A stretch of DNA of 47,085 nucleotides from Toensbergia leucococca (lineage: Eukaryota). Below, in pieces: positions 1-12,889 of the stretch; position 1 is the stretch's first letter; each line of letters begins with the position of its first letter. The notes beneath the pieces were generated by a model, which saw nothing but the letters and a program-made list of their open reading frames with translations, was not told the origin of the DNA and searched no databases. Location of the stretch: positions 1-47,085 of the forward strand of contig JALDZS010000181.1 of the NCBI GenBank assembly GCA_022813965.1, written 5' to 3'. The position numbers and the translations under genes are program-made.

Positions 1-2208
1 CTTTTCAGAAGTCCAAAAATGGCCGTGGAAATACCTTCTGATGACCCTTTGGGTACGCCCCCTTTACCCGTAGGAAATCTCAAAGTCGAAGCACGCGGCA
101 AATTCGTTGTTATTAGCTCCGGTACGAGCGGAGAAGTCTTCATTTTCGAGTTACAAACCGGCGAAGCACAACTTACTGCAGGCGCTTTCAAGTGCATTGG
201 AAAGGTCTGGACAAGCGTTCCACCAAGGAGAACACGCAGCTGGTCGAGTTCTTCGAATTCCTCTGAGCAAGGAAAAACGCATGATGCAACGCCTTTAGGG
301 CCAGGCCGATCGGACGCTGCGATTTTCTCTTTGAGTTCTCGATGGCTTGCTACGGTATCACCTATGCCTTCATCACGATCTAGTCTGCACGGAACAGTAG
401 ATTCTCAATGTACCAGCCATAAACCCCCCGGACTAACTTCACATACACCTCCCTCGCAACCTCAGGTTACCTGTGACCTTGAGACGCCAGATGGAGAGAG
501 CGTGTTCAATAAAGTGGCCCGTGACGTTACACAAGAACTCATCAAAGGGGCTCGGTGGGTCGGTGATCAAGGAATGCAGGCTTGGAATAATTACTGGGCA
601 AAGTCAACTAACGTGAACGCTCAGCCGAATTTGAATAGCCATACCACGTTTACCCCGAACGTGCAGCAAGCCCAGTATAATTTCCCACCGACGCACGCCC
701 ACGATGAGCGACCAGCTCGTGCTGGTAGTCAGTCTGCGACAGTAAATATTCTGGATTTGAAAAAACTCTCCGAGAGTCAAAGTTCGAAGCCAGCCACAGC
801 ACTTCAGCCAATCGCGGCCTTCTCGCTCCCTTATGGATGCAGCTCGGTCTCTTTTGCCCCGAGCGGTCTCATTTTATTCACTGCGAGCGCCAAGGGTGAT
901 GTTCAGCACGTCTGGGACCTGATGCGGATGGTGCATGGAAAACTTGGACTCGCCTCAACGAGAGATCCCAGCACATCAGAGAAAGGACCAGCTGTTCGCC
1001 AAATTGCCCGCTTTTCGCGGTTGACGGTAGCTAGTATCATCGATGTCATTTGGACTGAACCTAGAGGCGACAGACTTGCCATTGTCACCGAGAGAGGAAC
1101 CGTGCATATCTTCAATTTACCGCCAACCGCATTTCACTGGCCACCACCGCGTCGGGCGACACGACCCGCTACTGCTCCAAGCAAGGAAATGACCACTGAC
1201 GTGGATGGTGAGACTGCTATAGCACCTCCACAGACTAGCAGCGCTATCAACGCCGCACTGAACATAGTCGCTGGAAAGACACAGCCACTACTCGCTGCCG
1301 TTCGAGGCCGACCTCCCAGTACTGGCAACACCTTCACCGGTCTAGGCAGCCTGAATTTTCCCGTCGGGGCTGGTACGAAAAGTGGTAAGGCTGTCGCCGC
1401 TGGCTTTAGTAAGTCTGTCGGCGCAGCAACAGGTACAGTAAATTCAATACGGCATATGGGCGAGAACCGCCTGACTTTACCTGGATCGGCGAACACGATC
1501 AAAGCAGGCTGTATTGGATGGCTTAGCGGGAAAGATCGAGGACTCATTGCCGTCACTGGCGGAGGAACAGTAAGGATCCACAGAATTCACCAGAGCACCA
1601 ACAGAAAGGTTGGGAAGCGAAGACCTTCAGTCATGGGCGGCAGACCTATTGAATTCACTTTGCCTTCTACCGACGACCGACCGGCGGACCCTAGGTCGAA
1701 CAAACCTCGAAATTCACTACGCGGTCATTGGTTCTCTCCCGGAATAGCCACAAAACCGGCAAGACGAGCTACTGTACACCCGCTTTCGTGTGCAGAGATA
1801 GAGACCAACGCCCCGTATCAACCCTTTCACACCGACCGCCGAGTCAATTTCTACATTTACGACAACGCAAAAACCCCTCCCGTTATTTCTACTCTGTCTT
1901 CTCAAGCACCTGACCCAACACTATGGGTTTTCGGTGAAGACATTCCTGCCATGAAGATAGTCGGTGTCGACTCCCCACTCTCCGAGGACGACGCCGCAGA
2001 TCCAGACCAAGGCCTGCTACCGGCACAGATGGAAAACCTCATCAGTCTACAGGGTACCGAGGAAGAAGGCCAACAGGTTGTTGTGACCACGCGCCGTAAA
2101 AGGGGAAGGAAGGGAGCAGCGGCGGTGAGCGGGAGTAGGTACGAGGATGAAACGGAGTTTTTTGAGGACGATTGCGAGGTTGTGGATTTTGCCGAGGAGC
2201 GGGTGTAG
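1..2208 (+). CDS. BCAS3-like WD40/beta-propeller protein (autophagy-related family), 5'-partial
   Basis: The frame is open from base 1 to TAG at 2208. It has WD-like segments (SVSFAPSGLILFTASAKGDVQHVWDL; VIWTEPRGDRLAIVTERGTVHIF) and the C-terminal motif LSCAEIETNAPYQPFHTDRRV, resembling BCAS3-family proteins. Confidence 0.7.
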   Translation, partial: LFRSPKMAVEIPSDDPLGTPPLPVGNLKVEARGKFVVISSGTSGEVFIFELQTGEAQLTAGAFKCIGKVWTSVPPRRTRSWSSSSNSSEQGKTHDATPLGPGRSDAAIFSLSSRWLATVSPMPSSRSSLHGTVDSQCTSHKPPGLTSHTPPSQPQVTCDLETPDGESVFNKVARDVTQELIKGARWVGDQGMQAWNNYWAKSTNVNAQPNLNSHTTFTPNVQQAQYNFPPTHAHDERPARAGSQSATVNILDLKKLSESQSSKPATALQPIAAFSLPYGCSSVSFAPSGLILFTASAKGDVQHVWDLMRMVHGKLGLASTRDPSTSEKGPAVRQIARFSRLTVASIIDVIWTEPRGDRLAIVTERGTVHIFNLPPTAFHWPPPRRATRPATAPSKEMTTDVDGETAIAPPQTSSAINAALNIVAGKTQPLLAAVRGRPPSTGNTFTGLGSLNFPVGAGTKSGKAVAAGFSKSVGAATGTVNSIRHMGENRLTLPGSANTIKAGCIGWLSGKDRGLIAVTGGGTVRIHRIHQSTNRKVGKRRPSVMGGRPIEFTLPSTDDRPADPRSNKPRNSLRGHWFSPGIATKPARRATVHPLSCAEIETNAPYQPFHTDRRVNFYIYDNAKTPPVISTLSSQAPDPTLWVFGEDIPAMKIVGVDSPLSEDDAADPDQGLLPAQMENLISLQGTEEEGQQVVVTTRRKRGRKGAAAVSGSRYEDETEFFEDDCEVVDFAEERV

Positions 2209-3044
2209 ATAAAGGGAGGGGCTTGGAATGCGTGCATGCTCGGGCGTCTATTTGGAAGACGTTTGGTTTTTCGGTGACGGGCATATGGGTGGCATTTGCT
2301 TTGCTGCGTTTTTTGACAAGAGCCGTGTTCTTTTTTTTTACCGTCGCTTTTGGTACGTTGGCGATCTGGCATGGATGCTGACGTTGGGGGGGACCGGGAG
2401 CATGGAAGTTGGGAGAAGGGTAGTGGAATCGGATTTTTTTACCTAAAATCTATCTCTCTCCAATTTCTTGAGTTGTAGTAGGCGCTGAGAAAATGTGAGA
2501 CTTACCATTGACAATGAGATTGCATGGATTTTAGGAGTATATTAGCACTCTTTATATATCTGATACTTCTCAAGCGGTTTCTAGTCTCAAATCGCTAGTA
2601 AAATAAAAACGGCACCCACATGCACATTTGCGGAGGATAGAAGAAATTCTTCAGGCATCGTTATGATAATCCTCATCATCTCGATCTCTCTAAGGCCTAT
2701 ATGAAAAATCACCAAAGTGAAACCAACCCCAAGGTATCCCCAAAACATATAACAAAACGAATCAAGTACGCCGCAGGCACACCGGCCATGATGCTTCCAT
2801 TTCCGGAAATCGTCGAGAGTGTTTCCCACCCCAATTCCTGTTCCAATGCTGAGAAAGAAAAAAGAATGCCTCCCGGAAAATAGAAACTAGAGCGCCGACG
2901 CTAAGAGGTGACAGTGAGAGAAAGGGGCGTTTTGGAGTAGATGACATGGGCGAGAGTGGGGGATAGGTGTGATTCTATGGATGTGCTGTCAAGAAAGTTG
3001 AGTGAATGAGGAGTGTCCAAGGAGGGAAGATGGATATATTGCAA

Positions 3045-4377
3045 TTAGAGTAGCTGTGTAGCCAAGGAGGCCGCAATCGGAACGATGAGTCCAACTCGCC
3101 ACGAAACTGATGCCGGTGAGGCTTCTGACGACGCGGCCGTCTTGACGACAGTCGAATTTACGAAGTCGGGTCCACAGCCGAAGTCAATTTGCTCCGCCGC
3201 GTCGGTGTAATCTGAGCTGATTGGTTGACTCGGGTTACTAGCAGCTTCTTTGAAGATGGTCATGGTGCTTTTCAAGCAATTTGAACATGTTGGCCGTGCA
3301 CCACCGGGAAGCTCGATCCCTACTGGCAAATAGTAGACGTATGAGTCTGTCGGGGAGCTTGTGTTCGTGATGGCATTGGCGAAACAATAACTTCCATCGC
3401 CATCTTTTAAGCAGCCGGCTTGATAGAGAGTGCTATAGGCCAGAAAACCATTATAGGCTTGTAGGACGATGGGGTTCTGTCTGGTATAGTCGTCGCCGCA
3501 GTTGCTGTCCAGACGGATCTGCTGGGCCAGGGACGCCATGAGCGAATTGCAGGTGGGAAATACAACTTCGCAGGTTGCGTTTAGGGTTTCGGTAATGCTA
3601 GACATAGATTTGGAGGCCGTGAAAAAGGAATTGGAATTCTGCACGTATTCCTTAGCATATTTCACGTTCGGCGTCTCAGCTGGGGAGTGCGGGTATGCTC
3701 ACCTGAAGCAAAAGACTCAAAGGAAGGCATGAACTGAACGTGTCATTACGTAGAAAAGAAGCGAAAAAGTCGGGGCAACCCGTGTTGGTAAAATTGGTTC
3801 CCAAACTGCTATCGAATGGCTTCGGTAAGGGCGAGCTCGAGGCTGAGCTGCTTGCGGTATCAACAGAAGCTGTCGAGGAGGCCGAGGAGTGTGTGATGGA
3901 GGTTACGGTAGTAGGTGTCGAGGAAATGGCAGATGTACTCCGATCAATCGAATGGGCGGCGGTTGAAATGGATGAGCTGGATGAGGACGTGGAAGATTCG
4001 GAAGAGCCAAAAGAGTCCGAGTTTCCACGCCGCCGCAGATTGTTCATTGGTAACGGGGGCTGTCGGTCCAAGAGAATGTTTTCCCTTCTATCAAATCTTC
4101 CCAGCTGAGATGGTCTGACGCTTCGACCTTGATCTTCAGCCGCCGCTCCTGTTGCACAGAAAGCCGAGAGTAACAGGATTATGCAGACAAGGCTTTGGAA
4201 TACTGTGTAATGTTTTCGTTGGCCGGTTCCGGATCCACCATGGTATGATAGTATGGCGGCAAGGCAATCTTTTAGCCTAGATGCAGAATTCTCTCCCAGT
4301 TTCCGAACATGTGTTGGTGAGGCATCTCGTTGGTTTGCCAGTGTTCCCAAGCTCGCAGAGTGTTGAATAAGTGTCAT
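3045..4377 (-). CDS. Ser/Thr-rich, Cys-rich putative GPI-anchored cell-surface protein (~422 aa)
   Basis: Exons 4377-3703 and 3638-3045, with a 64-nt intron GTGAGC..GCTAAG..CAG. Features: hydrophobic segment (SLVCIILLLSAFCATGAAA), Ser/Thr tract, Cys-rich domain (CPDFF..CLPLSLLLQNSNSFF..CLKD..YCFANA..CSNCL..CGPDFV) and hydrophobic C-terminus. The start codon is uncertain. Confidence 0.75.
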
Positions 4378-4574
4378 TCTTTCCCAGCTCCAGCATGGCC
4401 GAGCAGCGATTGCGAGTCACACTGCTCTCTCGAAGAGGTCGGGAAAATGCGAGCAGAGGTTGGAGAGCTGCTTCTCTGTAGAGCGGATCGAACAAGTGTG
4501 TTGGTAAGCAGAATAATATGGAAACGGGCGTTGAGGGACGAAATTGGGGCCATGGTTGATATTATTGCTCTTCT

Positions 4575-4598
4575 CTGCATCTGCATCTGCATCTGCAT
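4575..4598 (+). repeat. (CTGCAT)4 microsatellite
   Basis: Four perfect hexamer copies, read directly. Confidence 0.95.
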
Positions 4599-5851
4599 GG
4601 CGGCAGGGTAGCTTGGGAGCGAGGCTGAGCTTGTCTCCCTCGAACCCCGGCACAATTATTGTTTGCATGAAGCTATTGCATGCCTAGTCGAAAACAGAAG
4701 CATGAACAATTGGCTAAAGTCAGCACTCAGCAGTCAGCACACCACTTTGAATACACCGTTGACTGCAACTGGGAATATTCTAATCATTCCGATTCGTCCG
4801 CAGGCGGCGCGGCACAATCAAACTACTCGTACTATCCTCGATTCTATATAACACAACTCTACCCCACTCTGCAAGGCTGAGGGAGCTGAAGGAGCTGAAG
4901 GCCAGATCCTTGCAGATATGGAATGTAAGGTACGAAGCCATGGCCTACCTATTCTATTCTATTTATCATCTTCCTGTCATTTTCAAGCCTCATCAACGCT
5001 ACGCGAACAATCTACTCCATCTGTACGGAATACCTCCTTATTACTTGATAATCCACATCAATATCGACATCAAACTCAAACCCACCCTTCTAAACCCAAT
5101 CCATCAAGTCGTCAATAAAGCCCACCGACGCCACCACGACCGCCCTCGGATCTAGCTTGGCATCCAAATTCCGTGATTAGACAATCTCGCCAGTGAAATA
5201 ATCAAACCCACACCTAGGCCGACATCTAATTTCCCAATTCCCTAGAGTAAAAGAGCACCCGTCAACCACTACACTAGATTCGGTCTACCTCCCCAACTGA
5301 TCTTGTCCTCCCTGACTGCCTCACTCCCGACTTATTCTACGTCGTCGATCGCCGCCTCTCGAAAGCCGCCATCCAATGTCTGCATTTACAACGAGTCTTC
5401 GGTATAACTAATTTATCACAGCCAGTGAGTATATGCTGCGCAGACTCGTCCCTCTCTTGTGCTCTACTCTTTGGCTTTCAATGACATCTATCACGTTGCT
5501 TTTGTAAGTACTTATTCCAGGTTGCAGTAGTAGTAGCACTATCTACACACCGTCAACCGTAATATAAGCTTTCCCTGCCTTCCACTTAGCCCTCTCCGAA
5601 CGCGGAGGACAGCTTTGTTGCATCAGCTCGGACAATTCTCGCCCGTTCAATTGCACCTTGTCCCCAGACCAGTGGCATCAAAAGAAACAACTGCGTTTGA
5701 AACACTGTCCCGCCCCTAATAACATAGATAACCCTTTTTAGAGCTCGTGCATGATGGATCCGCTGGGAAAAAGAAAACGCCCAGACATGTTGCATCTAAA
5801 CCCCATTTACTCATCAAGTCTTATTCCATTAATCTAACTCAACGAATAATT

Positions 5852-8024
5852 TCATGTCTGGACCACTCCCTTACCAATTATCTTCTCGGCAACCTCCAGC
5901 TTGCCCTTCACTTCCTTGAGCTCCGTCTGCAGCGACCTGATGTACTCAATCGCCATTTCCACCGTACTCGCTTTGCTGTTGCTTTGCTGCGCAGCCGTCC
6001 CAGTCAACAGGTTGGACCCAACTGTTCCGGAATCGCCCCCGCTCCCAGACCCTTCTCTGCCATTGGCACCATTGCCGTTTGGCATGGGACAAGGGAGTAA
6101 AGACGCAATCTCCTGTAATGCGTTGTTGATGCGGTTTCGTCGTCCTTGTTCAGCGATCTTATGAGATGTACGCTTGGACGTTAGATTAGTAGAAAGGGCT
6201 TCGGGGTAAGAGACCCCAGGGAGGTGAGTGCCTTCGAGTATGTTTTGGTAATTCGATTTCGAAGCAAGAAGCAGCGCCGACGTCTCCGCGTTTAGCATTG
6301 CTGTCATTGTTGTCAACTACACTTTCAAATATTTGCAAAGAGTGAAGTGCATACCTCCTTCGGGAAGCAAGGGCTTGATACTAGGAGAAATTCTTGGACG
6401 TAAGGCAGGGCTGACGTGAACAGAGGTGTTGGTGTTCCTCTTCTTACCCGCCCGCCCCGATGCTTTTGTCTCGACACGTTTGCTGGATACCGAGCCGTTC
6501 GGCAATGCCATACCACTAAGCTGGGGGCTCGGAAATATAGACCTGCTGACAGCGGGAGGGGCACTTGAGGGCAAATATACTGAAGTCTTCCTGGCGGACA
6601 GCGTCGGAGTTGCTTGGTCGTCATTGGCTTCAGGAATATCGAAAGGTACCAGCTTTGGTTTCGTCCCTGGTGTGACCGGTTCCAGTAAGGTAATTTCCTC
6701 CATAATCTGTTCCATATCGCTTTCTGCAAGAGATGCTTGTTCCTTCAGACTTGACGGCCGATGCTGCCCCTTCGCTCCTTTTCCTGCCTCTTTTCGAATC
6801 TTCATCAATGATGCGGGCGTAGCAGGTTCATTACTCATAGCTAGCATAGGCGCGGATTGAGACCCAGCCTGTTTCCCGACAAGAGACGGGGATCTTCCTG
6901 CAGAATTAGGTCTTGGTGTAGCAGGGGGTGGCATCAAAGCTTCAGATAATGGTTCAGGCGAAACTGATTCCGCTTCCGAACTATCCTGGCTATACGGAAT
7001 ATGAAGCTTGTTGCCGCCATTCGATTGGGGCAAGTGTCCATTCTGCTTGGACTTGCGAGCATCTTCAATGATGCCAGAAATCTCTTTGGCGGGGATGATG
7101 GTACTGGACGGCTGCCTCTTTCTGCTTTGAGGTTTCATTGCAGGCGATTGCATTACTGATCGAGACGGATTTTTCGATGCGGTAGACATGGTTCTCTTCT
7201 TCAATTTTCGCACAGGTGGTGTCTGCGCAGTCATTGAATTCGTTCCGAAATCAATGTTCATTTCGATCGGGGAAGTTGTGTCAGAGGTGTCCGAGCTACG
7301 AACAGCTCCATAGATTGAGCGCTGCGCCGCATGATTTTGGGCTTCCAGCGCCGGCGAGGTAAGAGGGCTAAAGCATTCACCGGGCACAGTGTACTCAGGC
7401 ATCCGGAATTGAGTATCTAAAGGGGTTACTGCAGGCGAAACCAGAGGTGTGAATACCATCTATCAAGAGGATTAGTACGAGACATTATAGATCAAGGTAG
7501 GATTATCTAACTTGATCTTTTTGATTCCAGGTGTATCGGTCGTAGATGGCTTGCGCATGCGCCTGCGCCTGGGCATCCACGGGGCGATAATAGCACGGGT
7601 GGCCTCCATGCATCTCGATACTATTTGGTGTAGGAGGCACGGTGTTGTGCCCGTGGTAGCGTTGTCCCCGTATTTGGCGCTGTTGGTGTTGCCGAAAGAG
7701 CTCTGCCTGCATATTCATGTCCAAAAGCGACTCTGTCGAGCCATGGGTGGTGTTCATGTCTGGTATGGAGTGATGGGAGTCCATCACACTGTGTTCCATC
7801 TGTTGCTGTATATGCTCTTCCTCAAGCTCCAAGACTCCGGCAGCGTTTTGGATGGGAGAATCGATACTACCGGCAGCATCTTGATGTGACTCGTTTCCGT
7901 TCAGAGGCGACCCCTCAAAGGTAGAAAATGGCAGCTGTAGATCGCCGAGGTCTAGGAAAGTAGTAAAGTCATCCTCTGGACCTGAGACCATGGGCGACCA
8001 TGTCGAGGTGGGGTTGCGGTTCAT
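5852..8024 (-). CDS. palcA: bHLH phosphate-acquisition transcription factor (PalcA/NUC-1/Pho4-like, ~688 aa)
   Basis: Exons 8024-7512, 7459-6355, 6300-5852. bHLH domain KRTSHKIAEQGRRNRINNALQEI...SKASTVEMAIEYIRSL; MVFTPLVSPAVTP and LLASKSNYQNILEG motifs; many SP sites. Confidence 0.9.
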
Positions 8025-9654
8025 GACCAAACGGTGGCAGGCATATATTGGATCGCAAGTCAGCGAAGACGGCGTCCCTGTCGAATAAGATGCTCGTTGG
8101 ACTTATGGAGCCCAATGTTTCAAATAGATGCCGCGTGTGGCGCGACGGAGGCTTTGAGAGAGCTACTTGATCTAGATGTTAGAACTGTGCATCTTGAGGA
8201 TTTAGAGGAGGTTCAAAAGTCGGGAGGGACGAACGAAAGTTGGGGGGTCACGGGCGAATCAGAAGAACGCCGAGTGCCCTCGACCTTTTCCTACCCCACA
8301 CCACTGATTTCGCGAACAATAGCTTGACCTAAATCGGGCAGCCAAAGCGAAGCCAATTACCAAATAGTACTCAAGTGGAAGGAGCACAACAAGACTGGTG
8401 GGGAACTGGATTACAACATGTCAACGGAGGATGATGGAGCTTAATCATTGTGAACATCATCTGTTCACCTATCTCCGGATCTCCAATTTACTTCGTATAT
8501 GAGCATTCTGTATCAACATCAAACCAGATCTCTAACTCAATACAAGACACCAATACCAACACATAGCTTAATAGGGCATGCCACTCTACAATTTTCAGCA
8601 AGTCAAATTGTTGCAAGGCTCGTCAGAGAGCAGAAGCTCCAATTTATTCTCGCGAATGTTTGCCACTGCATTTTCGACGCTAAAGTCTAGTGCTGTCGTG
8701 GCCGCAGGATGGCAACCAGCACAAGCAGTCTTCGGCAAGCCCATCCAAGCCATCCATGTCATGTTCATCTATGTTCTCAATACTTTGTGTATTGGGTGTG
8801 ATGAGAGCCGCTCTGGACCAAAGCTAAAGACAATCCGGTACTTCCACTTCACTCCTGGAGTGTTGTCATAGCAATCTTGAAAAAACACCGTCCGTTGCTC
8901 GGTTCTCGGGATGCTCCCAACGGTGTTTGATACGTAAGACTTAGGCTTACACTTGGCGGCGATCGGGAGATAGCTTTTGAAGGATATGATGGAAGTTTGA
9001 TCCTTCGTAAGGTATGGGTTGAAACTTTTACCGTACTGATTTGAGTTCTGTTGCATGGAAAACTTGCCATTGTATCTCGAAGTTGAAGTAAGACTCATGC
9101 ATTAGGATCCACCGTCATTGCTAGTAAGATTGCCAAGCTCCTGAGAAAGCCAGGCAGACTCCAGAGTCTTGACGAGCTTTTAGAGCACCTAGGCATGTAA
9201 AGTCAGAATCTTCTGAACATTGATGAGGATCAATGACGCATACCTATAACTTCAGTAGGTATATCCTACTTTATTGGCACTGCAAGCGGGTATGGGGTCT
9301 TGTCGTACGTAGTGTTCCTCGTCCGTTTGATATTCAAGTAGGATGTAGGTATATCTTGAGTCTGCAAGCTCTGTGTTGGAGAAGCAAAGGTAGGGTCTGA
9401 GCCTAGCGTGTGGCTAAGGAAGGCATTGTCCTCGGCACTACATCGAACCTGCTGCGTGACAGCTCATACACAAGCCCATGAAAGCCATCGTACCTATTCA
9501 CCTGTTGCTCAACTAGCTTAGTGTGGAGTCGTCTTTGGTTCGGTGTGAACGGAATCTTGTACAGATGAAAGCAGAGAGGAGGAAAAGATAGCCTGAATAC
9601 CTACCGCAGAACCACAACATAGGAATGGACGTCGTTCTGAAGCATGCAGGCTTC

Positions 9655-9816
9655 TCAGAGACTGGGAACCATGGTGGTCGTCACAGGCACATGGACACTG
9701 CTGTTCAAACGAGCTTCCATAACCACGTTAAGAAGTGGAGATGCTGCCAGAGGCATAGCTTGGCCCTGTGTAAATGAGAAGGCTAGTAACGATAGGATAG
9801 TAACGAATTGAAACAT
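9655..9816 (-). other. Small ORF (53 aa) with a signal-peptide-like N-terminus; small secreted protein or first exon of a pseudogene
   Basis: GCCATG start context; MFQFVTILSLLAFSFTQGQA-MPLAASP resembles a cleavable signal peptide. No family recognised. Confidence 0.35.
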
Positions 9817-10495
9817 GGCAATGGAACACAGTATCGAAGTGGAAAGCAAGGTCAGTTTGATGAACGGGCTAGAACGGTATATGTAATTGGGACAAGACAG
9901 CTTCGATTTGAGATTCAACTTTCGAAAGTAGGAAGTGGCATGAGAAATAGATAAGGTGAGTCTGGGCGAAACATCTACAAATGGGACAACCGCATTAAAG
10001 GAAAGCCCTGAGAACTGTGCGATGTGCACAAGCTTATCGAACAATAGCAACCTGATACGGGCTGAAGTTTTTGAAATGTTTATCCGAGTGAGTGATGACC
10101 TGCAAAAGTGTGGATTTCTTACTTGAAGGTAATAAGGTGAGCTCGCAATGTGCCCTCGCAAAGTCGCAGAGCAGAGGTTGGGTGAAGAGCATAAAGTGGC
10201 TAGAGAAGTCCTCATGCTTGGAAAAGTCGCCCTCATCTGTGAAGTAGGTCGCATTGATCGATTGGTAAGGTATGTAAAGTGCATGTTTAATTTTCCTGCT
10301 TTTAGTATGCCTAATCTGCCTACCAACACTTAGAATGCCAAGCAGCAAAGATACACGCCGAACAAGATTGTACGCCACTGCTCGGTATCTAGGACAACAT
10401 CTTCAATCAACAACAGCTTGCAAAACGGCCCAAACCTGTGAAGCATCATGGGACTGCCAGGGAATTGCGGAATTACATGTCCTTGCCAGATCCAT

Positions 10496-12717
10496 CTAAT
10501 CAACTTCCTCCATCGCACTCTCACCAGTACCTTCGGCAGGAGCGGCAGTCTCTTCCTCTTGAGCTTTCTCCTCGCTCGTCTCAGCTTCTTCGTCAACATT
10601 CAGACCTAGTGACACAAGCTTGTGAATACGCTCCGCAAAGCCGGCTGGCTCGTCGATGGTGAATCCGGAGACCAGCAACGAAGTCTCAAACAAAAGCTGA
10701 GTGATGGACTTGACTGTACGGTCATTCTCGCCATCAGCCTCAACCTTCTTCTTGAGTTCCTTGATAATAGGCGACTTGGGCGAGATCTCGAAGGTTTTCT
10801 TGGAGGACATGTAGGAGCTCATGGACGTGTCTCGTAGAGCCTGGGCTTTCATGATACGCTCCATATTGGCAGACCATCCGAACTGGCCAGTACGGATGGC
10901 GCAAGGTGAGCCAATGAGCTTGTGACTCACAATTACCTTCTCAACCTTATCACCAAGAACATTTTTCAGCGCCTTAGCCAGGCCCTCATACTCCTTCTCC
11001 TCGGTCTCGCGCTGCGTCTTCTCCTCGTCGGTTTCCTCGAGCTCAAAGTCCTTGGTAATGTCGACAAGCTTCTTGCCATCAAATTCCTTCAACTGGGTCA
11101 TAGCATACTCATCAATTGGGTCCACCAAAAATAGGACTTCGAAGCCCTTGTCCTTGAGAGAATCCAGAAACGGCGACTTCTGCACAGCTTTAAGAGATTC
11201 TCCGGTGATGTAATACATGTTTTTCTGGTGTTCTGGCATACGAGTAATGTAGTCAGCGAGCGAGGTTATCTCGTCACCGGACTTAGTAGAGTTGAAGCGA
11301 AGTAACTTGGCAAGTGCTTGACGATTCTGGGAGTCTTCGTGGATACCAAGCTTAATGTTCTTGCTGAAGGCCGTGTAGAACTTATCAAATTGTTCACGAT
11401 CCTCGGCAATCTCACCAAAGAGCTCAAGGGTCTTCTTGACAATGTTCTTCTTGATGACCTTCATGATCTTATTTTGCTGCAGTGTTTCACGCGACAAGTT
11501 CAACGGCAAATCTTCAGAATCGACGACACCCTTGATGAAACTGAGCCATTCTGGAATAAGATCCGTAGCATCATCAGTAATGAAGACACGACGAACGTAG
11601 AGCTTAATGTTGTTCTTAGTCTTCTTCGTCTCGAAAAGGTCAAATGGTGCACGCTTTGGCACGAAGAGAATGGCACGAAATTCTAGTTGGCCCTCGACAG
11701 AGAAGTGCTTCACAGCCAAATGGTCCTCCCAATCACTTCAACAGATTAGCGACTCCATACGAAATATCGTAACTCGGGACTTACTTGGACAGAGACTTGT
11801 AGAAAGCGCCATACTCTTCAGCGTTAATGTCTTGAGGATTCCTAGTCCAGATGGGCTTAGTTTTGTTAAGCTCCTCTTCTTCGATCTTACTCTCCTTGAC
11901 CTTCTTGGTCTTCTTCTTCTTATCTTTTTCCTCCTCCTCGTCATCATCTACCTCTTCAATCTTTGCCTTCTTCTCGTCATCTTCTTCGTCTTTAGTCTCC
12001 TCTGCATCTTCATCAGGAACGTCTTTCTCGGTCTCTTTGAGGACGTGTAGGTAGATTGGGTATGAAATGAACTCCGAGTGCTTCTTCACTACCTCCTTGA
12101 TCTTGCTCTCGTTAAGGTAGTCAGTCTGCTCATCCTTCAGGTACAAAATGATCTTAGTGCCTCGGCCTAGCTGTTCACCCTCTTCATCTTGAGTGAGGGT
12201 GAAGGTGCCGCCGGCGCTAGATTCCCAAATGTATTGCTCATCATCGTTATGCTTCGAGACAACAGTAACTTTATCGGCAACGAGATAAGCAGAGTAAAAG
12301 CCAACACCAAACTGCCCGATCATAGAAATATCAGCACCGGCAGTAAGGGCCTCCATAAACTGCTTGGTACCGGAACGGGCGATAGTGCCAAGATTGTTGA
12401 CCAGGTCCTGTGCTTTCATTAGACAGTGATCTTTAATCTCAGAAAATGATACTTACAGCTTTAGTCATGCCAATACCAGTATCACGGATGGTGAGAGTCT
12501 TATTGGCCTTGTCCGGTATGATATCGACCCGAAGGTCTTTACCAGTGTCGAGCTTGCTCGGGTCCGATAGAGCTTCATAGCGGATCTTGTCTAGTGCATC
12601 TGAGCCGTTGGAGATGAGTTCTCGAAGGAAAATCTCCTTGTTCGAGTAGACTGTGTTGATGATGAGTGAGAGCAACTGAGAAATCTCAGCCTGAAACTCG
12701 AAGGTCTCGCCAGGCAT
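10496..12717 (-). CDS. hsp90: Cytosolic heat shock protein 90 (~707 aa)
   Basis: Exons 12717-12457, 12407-11785, 11735-10496, with two 49-nt introns. Signatures [37 protein letters not shown] and C-terminal MEEVD. Confidence 0.99.
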
Positions 12718-12738
12718 GACTGCGATATTTGATGACAG

Positions 12739-12889
12739 CTGTTTCCGTGATCTATTAGCTCGTGAAAAGGTTGTAAGTTGGAGAGGAAAACAAATGAGTA
12801 TAGGGGAAGATGCGGTAAGGTTAGGAGAGGCTCAAGGCTGTGGGGATATTGACTTTCCACACATCACAAGGAATTATTTGAACACTTAC
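12739..12889 (-). other. Putative 5'-UTR intron of hsp90 (151 nt)
   Basis: GTAAGT donor at 12889, GCTAAT branch point, CAG acceptor at 12739, 21 nt before the ATG. Confidence 0.7.

Noticed and set aside
9655..10329. 224-aa minus-strand ORF as a whole
   Set aside because: It starts at a non-ATG codon just downstream of hsp90 and has non-protein-like composition. Only the last 53 codons are retained as a candidate.
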